A stretch of DNA of 64,000 nt, taken from Candidatus Saccharimonadales bacterium (GTDB lineage: Bacteria > Patescibacteriota > Saccharimonadia > Saccharimonadales > UBA10212). The DNA lies in contig DASTXL010000001.1 in the NCBI GenBank assembly GCA_035758565.1, positions 267,242-331,241 on the forward strand. Direction: 5' to 3'. Under the pieces are notes generated by a model. The model made no database searches. It saw nothing but the letters and a program-made list of their open reading frames with translations, and had not been told where the DNA came from. The position numbers were made by a program, and so were the translations under genes. Below are positions 37,076 to 47,004 of this stretch, piece by piece (within the stretch, counting starts at the first letter, position 1; every line of letters begins with the position of its first letter).

Positions 37076-38314
37076 ACCTAGGGCTAGCTGATCTGGATGC
37101 ACTTCCAGAGTTTCATCAATCTCTCGCCTACCCAAGCTATCTATAGCATCAAGAAGACCAAGCTCTGTTGCTCTTTGAGCGACCCTTCTAATCCTCTCTA
37201 AATCCCGCCCCTCAATTGGTAAATGCGCGCCAACTTCTACTAATGATTTAGACAATAGAAGACCTTCGACTGCCCCTCGAGCTATTGTTGTTTGCCGTTT
37301 TTTAGCGCTCTGATGCCATCTTTCCACTTGTCTTTCAATAGCATTTTGAGTTTGCGTATAGATTTCGAGTTGATTTGTGTTTCTCAGATTGTCCGCCTGT
37401 CCTAAAATACGCTTTCGGGCTTGGTCAGAAGACATTTTTTCTGATTTAGGCAGCGCAGGATTCATCTTAGAAGCAATGTTAATGGCAGCAGATTTAACCC
37501 TATCGTCGGCATCAAGTGTAGCGAGCTCTAGTAGATCCAGGTAATTCTCTGCGCTAACCTCACCACCCTCTGCCTCGGCAGAACGTTGAGCAATAAAATA
37601 ATCAATAGCGGCTCTGTGTAACTTAGTAAGCTCGGTGGCCAAATTGTAAGATAACCTACCGTCGTCTACCAATTTGTGCACGACTTCAGGCAGGGCAAAG
37701 TAGCGAAGAGCTTCGCGAGTAGCATCTTGACCTAGAGGGGAGTCAGGCAAAAAATCTGCAATCGAGTTATAGCGCCCCTCTTTGCAGCCTACAAAGTACA
37801 TTTCTCGGACGGCTTTAGCATATTGAATTGCCGGTGGCCTGTCATGAAAGTTCTCGCTGATTTGTAAACGCATGATTTCCTCAGGCGACAAACAGGGAAA
37901 GACTCTAGCGTGGATTAAAGTCTGCTCGCGCGAATAACCGTTTTCTTTTGCAATTTGCAAATAGGCGCGGTCACGCCGGTGCCCGGCCGCCAAAATCAAC
38001 ACAGTGCCATCGGGTTGTATTTTATTTTCGGGTACCTGCACATTTTTGCCCCAGCATTCGTTGGTGTAAGAAACGTAGCGCCTGGCCACATCAAGTGGTG
38101 TCTGAGCCAAAAAAATAGATGTGTGCATCTCGTTGTGGGACTTAATATCATGCACGAGCTCTTGATGTTTTTCGCTATCATGAGCGGCGCGCATCTGGCC
38201 GGCGATAATATAAGAGTCCATTGGCACCTGAACAATTACTGGAGTTTCGCCTATCTGAAAATACTCCGGCCGTTGATTTTCTTTGCTTTGCAAGGTCTCA
38301 TCAACCGCCGACAT
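37073..38314 (-). CDS. ParB/Srx-fold N-terminal domain protein with ParB-like HTH (413 aa)
   Basis: LILAAGHRRDRAYLQ resembles the ParB arginine patch GERRxRA. Downstream is the HTH-like LSYNLATELTKL, then a coiled C-terminal region. Confidence 0.65.
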   Translation of the reverse strand: MSAVDETLQSKENQRPEYFQIGETPVIVQVPMDSYIIAGQMRAAHDSEKHQELVHDIKSHNEMHTSIFLAQTPLDVARRYVSYTNECWGKNVQVPENKIQPDGTVLILAAGHRRDRAYLQIAKENGYSREQTLIHARVFPCLSPEEIMRLQISENFHDRPPAIQYAKAVREMYFVGCKEGRYNSIADFLPDSPLGQDATREALRYFALPEVVHKLVDDGRLSYNLATELTKLHRAAIDYFIAQRSAEAEGGEVSAENYLDLLELATLDADDRVKSAAINIASKMNPALPKSEKMSSDQARKRILGQADNLRNTNQLEIYTQTQNAIERQVERWHQSAKKRQTTIARGAVEGLLLSKSLVEVGAHLPIEGRDLERIRRVAQRATELGLLDAIDSLGRREIDETLEVHPDQLALG

Positions 38315-38382
38315 TACCTTCTACTTGCCCTCATCTTTATCCTTAGTATACCCTTCATAATCATTATCAAAACTGCTTATGC

Positions 38383-39210
38383 TTAGGTTAGCGCTTCCTG
38401 AAAGTCGCTAACATTAGGTTTTTCGTAACGCTTGGTTGGCTTTTTGCCCAGGCGGCGGCGTTTTTCGCGAGCGACACAACTTGCCAACGTGATCATCAGT
38501 GTATCGCGGTCTAGCTTCTGAAGCTCTCGGGCACCAAATCTGGTAGATAATATTACCCGGTAGCCTTCCAGCAGAGCAGCAATCGGGGCGTAATTATGAC
38601 CATTTGCGCCAACCATGGCTAACTGGCCAGTTTTTAGCGCCGCCTCCAGCGGCACAGCGTTATCTTTGCGAATATTATTCTCCAAGCTGGTCATGCGCTT
38701 GGAGTGACCCGGATTGCAGCAACTCGTAAACCGGCACATATGCTCCACGTCATGTTCTGGCGTCAGAAGAGGAATATCTTCTGCGTCCATAAGTTCTTGG
38801 CGGGCACGCGTCACCCGGTGCAGGCCACTCTGTCCAGAGGGGGTCATGCCAAGCTCATTATCAGTGGCTCCGGCGTAGCCAGCATAATTCAGATAATAAT
38901 CCGGCACCCAGCAGCCAGTAACATCGTCTATGACTATTCTGTCGAGGATACGGCGGGGAATAGAATTAGGATCATCCTGGGTGTAGTAATGCTTTTCAAA
39001 AAGCAAGTGCGAAGCATAAGGACCCAGTAGTTCCTCGCCATAAATAGAAAAGACCCTGGGTTGATCCAGGGTCAGTTGTTGAAAGGCGGCTTCGTCGCCG
39101 CCCGGTGCGCTGATGCGCCCATCGCGAATATCAATAGCCCGAGTCAGCAAAACACCGCCCATGTCGTTTTTTGTTTCTATTTTCTCAATGCCGGTTAAAC
39201 CGAGCGGCAT
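38383..39210 (-). CDS. HNH (His-Me finger) endonuclease domain protein (275 aa)
   Basis: CWVP...GYAGAT...GLHRVTRA...DVEHMCRFTSCCNPGHSKRMTSLENN matches the HNH_3/homing-endonuclease-like pattern. Confidence 0.7.
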   Translation of the reverse strand: MPLGLTGIEKIETKNDMGGVLLTRAIDIRDGRISAPGGDEAAFQQLTLDQPRVFSIYGEELLGPYASHLLFEKHYYTQDDPNSIPRRILDRIVIDDVTGCWVPDYYLNYAGYAGATDNELGMTPSGQSGLHRVTRARQELMDAEDIPLLTPEHDVEHMCRFTSCCNPGHSKRMTSLENNIRKDNAVPLEAALKTGQLAMVGANGHNYAPIAALLEGYRVILSTRFGARELQKLDRDTLMITLASCVAREKRRRLGKKPTKRYEKPNVSDFQEALT

Positions 39211-39393
39211 TAGTGTTACCCTCCACTTGCCTTTTTGTGAATACCTAAATTGTACGTATTAAAAGCAAGCTATAGGTATTGTTTTTTTGTCATCAGACAA
39301 TATTGTTTACAGTTTAGGAAATTATTACCAAAGAAGTTAATCAGATAATAGTATTTTTTACATCGCAAGCAATCGCTAGAGTAAAATGTGCTT

Positions 39394-39972
39394 ATGGCTA
39401 GACGATATCGCCGCAAACATTTTGCCAGCTTTGTCACTTTTATTGTTGCCGTTTTAGTAGTGGTAGCCACGCAGTCGGGCTGGCTTGAGTCCGGAACCAA
39501 AACCGCCGAGATTAACCAACCAGGACTTTATACAGTCACTCATTATGTAGATGGCGACACCATCGACGTTAACATGAACGGTGCCACCGAGACTATCCGT
39601 TTTATAGGCGTTGACACCCCAGAAACTCACAAGCCAAACACGCCCGTACAATGCTACGGAGAGCTAGCCGCTGCCAACACCAAAAACGTTATAAGCAAAT
39701 ATGGTAAAGTCCGCCTGCAAGCCGATCCCCTGGATACCAACCGCGATCGCTACGGACGATTGTTGCGCTACGTCTATTTACCCGACGGCACTTTGATGGA
39801 TGAGAAGATTATCCAAGGTGGTTACGGCTTTGCCTATACATTGTTTCCGTTCAGCAAGAAAGCGCAATTTAGCGCCGACATGCAAGCCGCCCAAGCCGCC
39901 AAACGCGGCCTTTGGGGTGCTTGCCAGATTCATCAAGAAACCGACGGCGTTTACCAAACCAATAGTGCTTGA
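39394..39972 (+). CDS. Membrane-anchored thermonuclease (SNase/micrococcal nuclease family)
   Basis: N-terminal TM helix; VDGDTIDV and IRFIGVDTPET; RYGRLLRYVY. ATG 39394 lies 6 nt after TAAAAT (39382-39387). The ORF track starts at GTG 39388. Confidence 0.8.
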   Translation: MARRYRRKHFASFVTFIVAVLVVVATQSGWLESGTKTAEINQPGLYTVTHYVDGDTIDVNMNGATETIRFIGVDTPETHKPNTPVQCYGELAAANTKNVISKYGKVRLQADPLDTNRDRYGRLLRYVYLPDGTLMDEKIIQGGYGFAYTLFPFSKKAQFSADMQAAQAAKRGLWGACQIHQETDGVYQTNSA

Positions 39973-40005
39973 AAGATATAGCTTTTGATTATATTGTAAA
40001 GACAA

Positions 40006-41106
40006 ATGATACCCTTCTTAAATCGTGAACCACACCAGCCCCAAGCGCCTCAACCAGAAATAGCTCCTCTTGCTATCGAGACAGAGCTTTGGACACCGGG
40101 CAAACCAGAGACGCAAAACCTTGATCCGAAGCTAGAAAAAGCCATCGGCGATGTAGTCCGTGAAATGAATAGAGCCGACGCCCATCAAACGCTTCACGAC
40201 CTACAACGCCAGGTAAGGATGTCAGAAAATAGCGTCGTCACCGCTATGTTGTACGGTCGAAACCGCAGTGAGTATTCAGATAATGAGGCTATGGTCATGT
40301 TTAATCCTTTCGCCAATATGGCTACACCTAACATGTTGGTAAGAGCCGAATTCATCCGCCGCGTCGCCAAAGAAATGGGCGTCACCGACGATAAGGGCAA
40401 GCTTAAGCCGGTGATCATGATTGCCGCACCGGGGCCCGGCCACGGACTAAGACTGACTCAAGCTGATCGAGAAGAAATTGAACACGGCAATTTAGGGCCG
40501 GCGGCCAAAGAATTGTTAGAAGGCATAAAAAGATATGATATGGGCAAGGTCGCCATGCTTGGCTTCTCACAGGGAGCGGATGTGGCCTTAGCCGGAGCTC
40601 AAGAAGCTTACTCCGGCAACTTTGATGTTGATGCGCTGTCTTTAGGTGATCCGGCCGGTGTCCATGACCGGACAACCAAAGATATTAGTAAAGATTTTAG
40701 AAAAACCGGCTTAGGCGCTCTGCGACAAGCAGGCAAAGCTACCGGATTAAAGGTTCAGCAAAAAGCTTTACTAGGAATAACTGGCTGGGGTATTGGAGGA
40801 ATAGCAAAGTTTGGCCTGGCTTCACAAACACCTACAAATAAACTTCTTTGGAAGGGCATGACCGTGGATAGCTTTAAGGCTAATATGCAAGCCGTGCTAG
40901 ACGAAGGCCGGGTCAGCAAGTTGGTTGTTGGCTATGGTGGCGACAGTGCTATTGCCAAGCCGGAGTGGATCGAACCTGCGATAGATGAATTGTATGACGA
41001 AAATAGCAGTGAAGCTTTTATATCAATTAAGGTTGCTGGCGCCAATCACACCTGGGGTGATAATCTAGAACTTCTTACCAAGCTTTATATGAGAGCGCTC
41101 GTTTAA
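40006..41106 (+). CDS. Hypothetical protein, possible alpha/beta-hydrolase fold
   Basis: Nucleophile-elbow-like GFSQGAD, later DPAG and GANHTW (candidate Ser-Asp-His triad). Confidence 0.4.
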   Translation: MIPFLNREPHQPQAPQPEIAPLAIETELWTPGKPETQNLDPKLEKAIGDVVREMNRADAHQTLHDLQRQVRMSENSVVTAMLYGRNRSEYSDNEAMVMFNPFANMATPNMLVRAEFIRRVAKEMGVTDDKGKLKPVIMIAAPGPGHGLRLTQADREEIEHGNLGPAAKELLEGIKRYDMGKVAMLGFSQGADVALAGAQEAYSGNFDVDALSLGDPAGVHDRTTKDISKDFRKTGLGALRQAGKATGLKVQQKALLGITGWGIGGIAKFGLASQTPTNKLLWKGMTVDSFKANMQAVLDEGRVSKLVVGYGGDSAIAKPEWIEPAIDELYDENSSEAFISIKVAGANHTWGDNLELLTKLYMRALV

Positions 41107-41954
41107 GGGTTGTCGCGGTCGTAACTGTTCTTGCCACGAATCTGATCAAAATCAAAAACCCATTTTTCGCCGTTATGAAAACGGGAAAGGGCAGTAGTAA
41201 AAGGCGCGTAAGTTAGCATCAAAAAGCCAACTACCGGCCAGGCGCCGAGCGAACCCAGCGTTCGGTGATTTTTCAGGGTTTTGGGCCACATTCTAAGGTA
41301 TAAATAATGTTGTAAAAGACCGCCCGTGGCCCGGCGGACCGATATATCAACTCGCATTTTAGAGTTGTAATGAATGGCGCCAAGGCCAAATTCGTCAGCT
41401 AAATGCATAGCAATATCCAGATCTTCCATAATATCTGACTGGTTGCACACTTCGGTTTTAATCTGGTGCCAAGCTGCCGTTCGGATAGCCATATTCGAAC
41501 CCCACAGCATATCGTGGCCCAAAAAAAGGCGATTCAAGTAAATGGCAACTAGGTTGCGCAAGAATTTCGAAGGTTTTTTAAAGGGCAGATCATAAAAGTA
41601 ACCGCTACCGGTTACGGCCTGTAGCCCTTCTTCTTGCATAAGGCGATTAATCGTTGCTACCCAGTTATCGGCCGGACGGCTATCGGCGTCAATACGGGCA
41701 ATAACTTCACCGCGGGCCACGGCCATACCGGCGTTTCGGGCAGCGATCAAACCCTGTTTTTTCTCTTTAATGACTCGAGCGCCGTGCAGGCGAGCGATTT
41801 TGGCGGTTTTATCGGTGCAATTATTATCAACCACAATGATTTCGAACGGCTTAACCGTCTGACTCTCAAGCGATTTTAAGCAATTTGCTATATTATCTTC
41901 TTCGTTATAACAGGGAACAACTACCGAAACCGTTAATGGTTTTTGTTCTATCAT
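41103..41954 (-). CDS. Family 2 glycosyltransferase
   Basis: VSVVVPCYNEEDNI and IARIDADS (DxD-like); C-terminal TM helices. Confidence 0.85.
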   Translation of the reverse strand: MIEQKPLTVSVVVPCYNEEDNIANCLKSLESQTVKPFEIIVVDNNCTDKTAKIARLHGARVIKEKKQGLIAARNAGMAVARGEVIARIDADSRPADNWVATINRLMQEEGLQAVTGSGYFYDLPFKKPSKFLRNLVAIYLNRLFLGHDMLWGSNMAIRTAAWHQIKTEVCNQSDIMEDLDIAMHLADEFGLGAIHYNSKMRVDISVRRATGGLLQHYLYLRMWPKTLKNHRTLGSLGAWPVVGFLMLTYAPFTTALSRFHNGEKWVFDFDQIRGKNSYDRDNP

Positions 41955-41998
41955 CTTGCTCCTTGTATAATAGCATGTAGATTAAAGCTTAAATTCTG

Positions 41999-43108
41999 AT
42001 GAAAACCAAAAAATCTAGATTAGGGTGGGCTAAGCTGCCGATGGGCAAACAGTTTTGGAAGAAGCTGAGTTGGTTCAAAAAATTTTGGATAATCGTGGCA
42101 ATTCTATGCTTGCTTATTTATGCGCAAGGTATGGTTATCAGCCAATGGTATATAAATAAACATAAAGACGAACCGCTGACCTTTGGCGTGACGTTTATTA
42201 GCGGTTACGCCAGTTTTCTGGGCGTCGATCCGCAAGCTACATTTAAGGCTCTGCGCGATGATATGGGCATTCACCGTTTTAGATTGGTGACTTACATGAA
42301 CGTGGTAGAACCGCAAAAAGGCGTTTATGATTTTAGCGACATTGACTGGCAGCTTAAGATGATTCAAGAGGTTCACGGCACCGCCACCGTGGCCATTGGC
42401 CTGCGCCAACCACGCTGGCCAGAATGCCATTTAGCAGATTGGGCCAACGGCGAATCTACCGCCCAGCGCAATAGCGACGTAGATAGCTATATAAAAGCTA
42501 CGGTTGAGCACCTTAAACAATTCAACGTCGTGCAGAGCTACCAGCTAGAGAACGAATACTTCTTGGGCGCCTTTGGTGAATGTCCGGCGGCTGACCGCAA
42601 TCAGCTAATTAAAGAGTTTAACCTGGTCAAAGCTACCGACCCCAAAACACCAATTATTATGAGTCTGGCTAATAACTATTTCGGTATTCCAACCGGCCAG
42701 CCTAGGCCCGATGAATTTGGCGTATCGGTTTATAAACGAGTTTACGATTTTACGGTAACCCACCGCTATTTGGAGTATCCATTCGGCGCTCGATATTATG
42801 CCTACCGAGCAGGTTTAACCGAGATGTTTACAGGCAAAGAATCAATGCTGCACGAGCTACAAATTGAACCGTGGATTCCAGCTCAATACGATATCCGCAC
42901 CGCGCCACTCTCCGAAGAGTACAAATCTATGAACCCAACTATTGCCGCTAAGCGCATAAGCTACAGCGTGAACACCGGCTTCCGCGATATAGATATGTGG
43001 GGCGGTGAGTGGTGGTATTACCTCAAAGTTGTCCGTCATGACCCAGCTGTCTGGAATGCCGTTAAAGGCGCTCTTGATAAAGTCCGTGCCACCGACGGAG
43101 CCCATTAG
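41999..43108 (+). CDS. Signal-anchored TIM-barrel glycoside hydrolase-like protein
   Basis: N-terminal TM helix. QLENEYF (acid/base NE motif of clan GH-A enzymes) and later ELQIEPW. Confidence 0.45.
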   Translation: MKTKKSRLGWAKLPMGKQFWKKLSWFKKFWIIVAILCLLIYAQGMVISQWYINKHKDEPLTFGVTFISGYASFLGVDPQATFKALRDDMGIHRFRLVTYMNVVEPQKGVYDFSDIDWQLKMIQEVHGTATVAIGLRQPRWPECHLADWANGESTAQRNSDVDSYIKATVEHLKQFNVVQSYQLENEYFLGAFGECPAADRNQLIKEFNLVKATDPKTPIIMSLANNYFGIPTGQPRPDEFGVSVYKRVYDFTVTHRYLEYPFGARYYAYRAGLTEMFTGKESMLHELQIEPWIPAQYDIRTAPLSEEYKSMNPTIAAKRISYSVNTGFRDIDMWGGEWWYYLKVVRHDPAVWNAVKGALDKVRATDGAH

Positions 43109-43151
43109 CTCTTTCTTAAGAACTTCTTTGAAAATATGGAATAATAACCTT

Positions 43152-43595
43152 ATGGCCAAGAAAGATAAGGACACCGGCAAGATCACTAACCGCCGCGCCC
43201 GATTCGATTACGAACTGGGCGATTCTTTGATGGTCGGAATTGAACTTACCGGTGCCGAAGCTAAAGCTCTCCGCCTGAACCACGGGCAACTCCGCGGCGC
43301 TTACGTTAATGTTCTAAATAATGAGCTTTGGCTCGTGAATGCTCAGATCAACAGCACAAGTGGCGTACCGGTAAGCCACGAAACCCGCAGTCGTAAGCTT
43401 CTAGCCAAAAGGCGCGAGATAGACAGCTTGGTGGCGGCCCGGCAAGCCGGCAACACTATTATTCCGCTAGAAATAATTACCAAAGGTCGCTTTATTAAAT
43501 TAAAGATTGCCATTGGCCGAGGCCGTAAGCGCTACGACAAGCGCCAGACTATTCGAAAGCGCCAAGAAGAACGCGAAGCTGCCAGAGGTTTATAA
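43152..43595 (+). CDS. smpB: SsrA-binding protein
   Basis: NRRARFDYELGDSLMVGIELTGAEAKALR and KRRE...GRGRKRYDKR. I moved the start to ATG 43152. Confidence 0.9.
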   Translation: MAKKDKDTGKITNRRARFDYELGDSLMVGIELTGAEAKALRLNHGQLRGAYVNVLNNELWLVNAQINSTSGVPVSHETRSRKLLAKRREIDSLVAARQAGNTIIPLEIITKGRFIKLKIAIGRGRKRYDKRQTIRKRQEEREAARGL

Positions 43596-43601
43596 GCACC
43601 C

Positions 43602-44012
43602 ATGGATCTAAACCAAGTCGTCCAACGATTAAAGAATCAAAAGTCAAAAAAGGACGTGCTTAAAGAAGCATACTCGTTAACAACTGAGCGATACTACGGC
43701 AAGCGTCTTCATACTTACTGGACGGCTATTAGGTTTTTTGGCAGTGATCCCGAGAAGTTATGGCAGCATCCCGGTCAGCTTGATTGCGCCCACCAGAATC
43801 AACTCCTGGCATCCTTATTGCTAGGAAGTGGCATGTTTAAAAAGACCGACATACAAAAACGCTGGACTCCTTACTGGGGAATATCACCTCACCAGTACTT
43901 GAAGGTAAAGATTGATAAGGACGAAGTTATTAATGTCGACCCTTGGTCATCGATTTATGGCATTAAGCTTGGCGATTATTCAAGATGGTTTCATACTAAA
44001 GGAAACGTATGA
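43602..44012 (+). CDS. Hypothetical protein (136 aa)
   Basis: Clean ORF coupled to xth by a 4-nt overlap. No confident motif. Confidence 0.5.
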   Translation: MDLNQVVQRLKNQKSKKDVLKEAYSLTTERYYGKRLHTYWTAIRFFGSDPEKLWQHPGQLDCAHQNQLLASLLLGSGMFKKTDIQKRWTPYWGISPHQYLKVKIDKDEVINVDPWSSIYGIKLGDYSRWFHTKGNV

Positions 44013-44827
44013 GGATTTATTGCTGGAATGTAAACGGCATCAGAGCCGTACTGCGGAAAGGCGCGTTGCAAGACTTTATCGCTCACGAAAAGCCCGACAT
44101 CCTTTGTATGCAAGAAACCAAGATTTCTGACGACGATATCAAGGGCATTGACCTCGAGCTTGGCAAAGATAACGGCGGCTATCATTTTTACTGGAACTCG
44201 GCCAGCAAGCGCGGATATTCCGGCACGGCAATTTTATCCAAAATCGAACCTAAGCAAATTATCTGCGGCTTCCCGGATGGTTTTGAGAAAAAATATAACT
44301 TTGTCGATCACAAGACTGCCGATACTGCGAACGAGGGCAGGGTGCTAACCGCCGAATTTGAAAATTTTTGGCTGGTAACCGTCTATACCATCAACGCTAA
44401 AGACGATTTATCCCGCTTGCCGCTCAAATACAAACATTGGGATCCGGCGTTCCTAGCTTACGTAAAACAATTAGAAAAAACTAAGCCGGTAGTTTTTTGC
44501 GGTGACCTAAACGTGGCCCACACAGAGGACGATTTGGCCAATCCAAAGCCAAATGTTGGCAAAAAAGGTTTTACCAACGAAGAGCGCGAGGGCTTCCAAA
44601 AGTATATAGATGCCGGCTTTGTCGACACCTTCCGCATGTTCAAGCAAGGCAATGGCTATTACACCTGGTGGAGTCACTTTGCCAATGCCCGCGCCCGCAA
44701 CGTTGGCTGGCGCATAGATTATTTTTTGGCCAGCGGCGCACTTAAAGATAAGATTAAAGCCGCCGACATCCACCCCAAATATATGGGCTCCGACCACTGC
44801 CCAATCAGCCTCGACATAGAAGTATAG
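44009..44827 (+). CDS. xth: Exodeoxyribonuclease III (AP endonuclease)
   Basis: MRIYCWNVNGIRA, ILCMQETK, GDLNVAH and SDHCP. Confidence 0.9.
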   Translation: MRIYCWNVNGIRAVLRKGALQDFIAHEKPDILCMQETKISDDDIKGIDLELGKDNGGYHFYWNSASKRGYSGTAILSKIEPKQIICGFPDGFEKKYNFVDHKTADTANEGRVLTAEFENFWLVTVYTINAKDDLSRLPLKYKHWDPAFLAYVKQLEKTKPVVFCGDLNVAHTEDDLANPKPNVGKKGFTNEEREGFQKYIDAGFVDTFRMFKQGNGYYTWWSHFANARARNVGWRIDYFLASGALKDKIKAADIHPKYMGSDHCPISLDIEV

Positions 44828-44898
44828 CTATTTTATTTTGTTGCACATTTAGCAATATTCTCCTACATTTTAGTTAGAGTAGTGCAAAGGGGAGATAT

Positions 44899-45282
44899 AT
44901 GTCAGAACGAAGTTTAGATTACGAAAAAGTCCCTCAATATAAATTTGAAGTAAACAATATGGATGGCGAAGTCCACGCCTGGGGAACAATCCCACAAGAA
45001 CACAAGGATGCCTTAGTGGGCCACGCCTTCCCGGTTACTTCACGCTGGGTCACAGGTGAAGAGACTGTGGCAGCAGGCGTTAGGTCGGCTAACATTGCCG
45101 AAGTTTTAGCTGCAGACGAATCAGAAACTACTCGTGAAGCTGCAATTTGGTGGTCGGGTTATGCTTCAGCGTTTGTTGGAAAGGCCGAACAATCGGCCGG
45201 GAATGATGCCAGGAGCCAAGTATTCATAGACGCTTCCTGTGGCACCCTAAACGAAGCTTTAGCTGAATACAGCGCGAGCTAA
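44899..45282 (+). CDS. Hypothetical protein (127 aa)
   Basis: SD aaaggggag upstream. No motif recognised. Confidence 0.5.
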   Translation: MSERSLDYEKVPQYKFEVNNMDGEVHAWGTIPQEHKDALVGHAFPVTSRWVTGEETVAAGVRSANIAEVLAADESETTREAAIWWSGYASAFVGKAEQSAGNDARSQVFIDASCGTLNEALAEYSAS

Positions 45283-45297
45283 CGCAAGTTGTACAAT

Positions 45298-46023
45298 ATG
45301 CCTGTGAAGAAGTTTGCGGTTTTTGACATCGACGGCACGCTGATTCGCTGGCAGCTGTATCATTCGCTGGCCGATAGATTGGCCCATCACGGATACATCA
45401 ACGAAGCTAGCTATGAAACAATGCGCGAAGCCCGCATGCAATGGAAGCGCCGCACAAGCGACGAAGCCTTTCCGCTGTATGAACGCAGAGTCGTGCAAGC
45501 TTTCGATAGCGCCCTAAAGTCTATTTCTCCTCAGCAGCTCGACGAAGTTGTGAACGAAGTTTTCGCAGAATATAAGGACCAGGCCTACACCTATTCCAGG
45601 AACCTTATCGCCAAACTCAAAAACGAAGATTATTTTTTGCTGGCCATCTCCGGCTCACCAGTTGAGATTGTTTCTAAAGTTGCGCAGTACTACGGCTTTG
45701 ATGACTGGCGAGGCAGCACGCATTTCTCCAAAGATGGCCGCTTTACCGGCGCCAAACGCGTAGTTTCATACCACAAAGACAAAACACTTATTGAGATGAT
45801 TAAAAAGCACGATTTATCATACGCCGTCAGCATTGGCGTGGGCGACACCAGGAGCGACATTGCCATACTAGAGATGGTCGCCAGCCCAATAGCCTTTAAC
45901 CCAGACCGCTATTTATATGAATACGCTCGCATGCGGGCATGGGATATTGTGCTGGAACGCAAGAATATGGTTTATGAGTTAAAGTATCAAGATGGAAAAT
46001 ACCAACTGGCGCAAGCAGGCTAA
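45298..46023 (+). CDS. HAD-superfamily hydrolase (subfamily IB, SerB-like)
   Basis: FAVFDIDGTLI (motif I), ISGSP, GVGDTRSD. The ORF track starts at TTG 45289; ATG 45298 is more likely. Confidence 0.75.
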   Translation: MPVKKFAVFDIDGTLIRWQLYHSLADRLAHHGYINEASYETMREARMQWKRRTSDEAFPLYERRVVQAFDSALKSISPQQLDEVVNEVFAEYKDQAYTYSRNLIAKLKNEDYFLLAISGSPVEIVSKVAQYYGFDDWRGSTHFSKDGRFTGAKRVVSYHKDKTLIEMIKKHDLSYAVSIGVGDTRSDIAILEMVASPIAFNPDRYLYEYARMRAWDIVLERKNMVYELKYQDGKYQLAQAG

Positions 46024-46774
46024 AGACCAGCCTTCCTTTCCCGACACTTTGTGGAGTCGGCCAGAAAACCGGCGGCACGCCGGCAAGCTTTTGATTATCG
46101 GCGGCAACAAGCACAGCTTTGCCGCTGTCAGCTCAGCCTACAGCGCCGCTAACGGTGCTGGAATCGGTACAGCCAGAGTGATGTTGCCGGATAGCTTAGA
46201 ACGAATGCTGATTAAAGTCTTTCCTGAGGCCGAATTCACCTCTAGCACGCTAAGCGGCAGTTTTGCTCGTACTGCGCTAGGGCCTATGTGCGATGCGGCA
46301 GCTTGGGGCGATCATATTTTACTAGCCGGAGATTTCGGCAAAAATTCCGAGACGGCTATTTTGTTAGAAAGCTTTTTGGCCAAGTATAAAGACGGGGTGG
46401 TTTTGGCAGGCAACGGTATAGATTATTTTTATAATGAACCCTCTCTTATATTGGATCGCCCCAGCACGACCCTAGTGGCGGAATTTAACCAATTGCAAAA
46501 ATTATTATCGGGCCGGTTGCTGTTAAAACACTCCATGAATTTAGCGCAGCTAGCAGAAGCTTTGGCCAGGCTTGCTAGCAATTGTCAGGTCAATGTAGTT
46601 ACCGCTCATTCCGATCAGATTATTGTAGCAGCGAGCGGACAAGTCAGCACTACGCCAGCCAGCAGGGTCGACTTTGCGGAGCTAGCGGCCCATATAAGCG
46701 TCTGGAGCTTGCAGCAGCCCGGTAAAACTTTCGAGGCTTTAACAACCGCGGTTTATTGTTACCTCCAAAGCTGA
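45992..46774 (+). CDS. Divergent YjeF-C / carbohydrate-kinase-like protein (NAD(P)H-hydrate dehydratase family?)
   Basis: HAGKLLIIGGNKHSFAAVSSAYSAANGAGIGTARVMLP resembles the family N-terminal motif. The C-terminal GxGD motif is not evident. Confidence 0.4.
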   Translation: MENTNWRKQAKDQPSFPDTLWSRPENRRHAGKLLIIGGNKHSFAAVSSAYSAANGAGIGTARVMLPDSLERMLIKVFPEAEFTSSTLSGSFARTALGPMCDAAAWGDHILLAGDFGKNSETAILLESFLAKYKDGVVLAGNGIDYFYNEPSLILDRPSTTLVAEFNQLQKLLSGRLLLKHSMNLAQLAEALARLASNCQVNVVTAHSDQIIVAASGQVSTTPASRVDFAELAAHISVWSLQQPGKTFEALTTAVYCYLQS

Positions 46775-46846
46775 GCCATGATCATAAGGCAAAATAATAC
46801 ATAAGGGTGGTCAAGAAGTTAAAACCAATTTATAATACTGCCGAGC

Positions 46847-46932
46847 GGGTGAGTGGCGGAACTGGTATACGCGCACGACTCAAAATCGTGTTCCTTTAAG
46901 GAGTGTGGGTTCGATTCCCACCTCACCCACCA
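46847..46932 (+). tRNA. tRNA-Leu (anticodon CAA), class II with long variable arm, CCA encoded
   Basis: Acceptor gggtgag/ctcaccc; anticodon arm cacga-ctCAAaa-tcgtg; T arm gtggg-ttcgatt-cccac. TATAAT promoter at 46831-46836. Confidence 0.9.
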
Positions 46933-46936
46933 TCGA

Positions 46937-46962
46937 AAAAGCCGGAACAACTCCGGCTTTTT
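46937..46962 (+). terminator. Terminator after tRNA-Leu
   Basis: aaaagccgga pairs with tccggctttt, followed by a T-run. Confidence 0.7.
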
Positions 46963-47004
46963 CATATTCACCGTTGTACAATAAAAGTGAAGATTTTATA
47001 AGCT

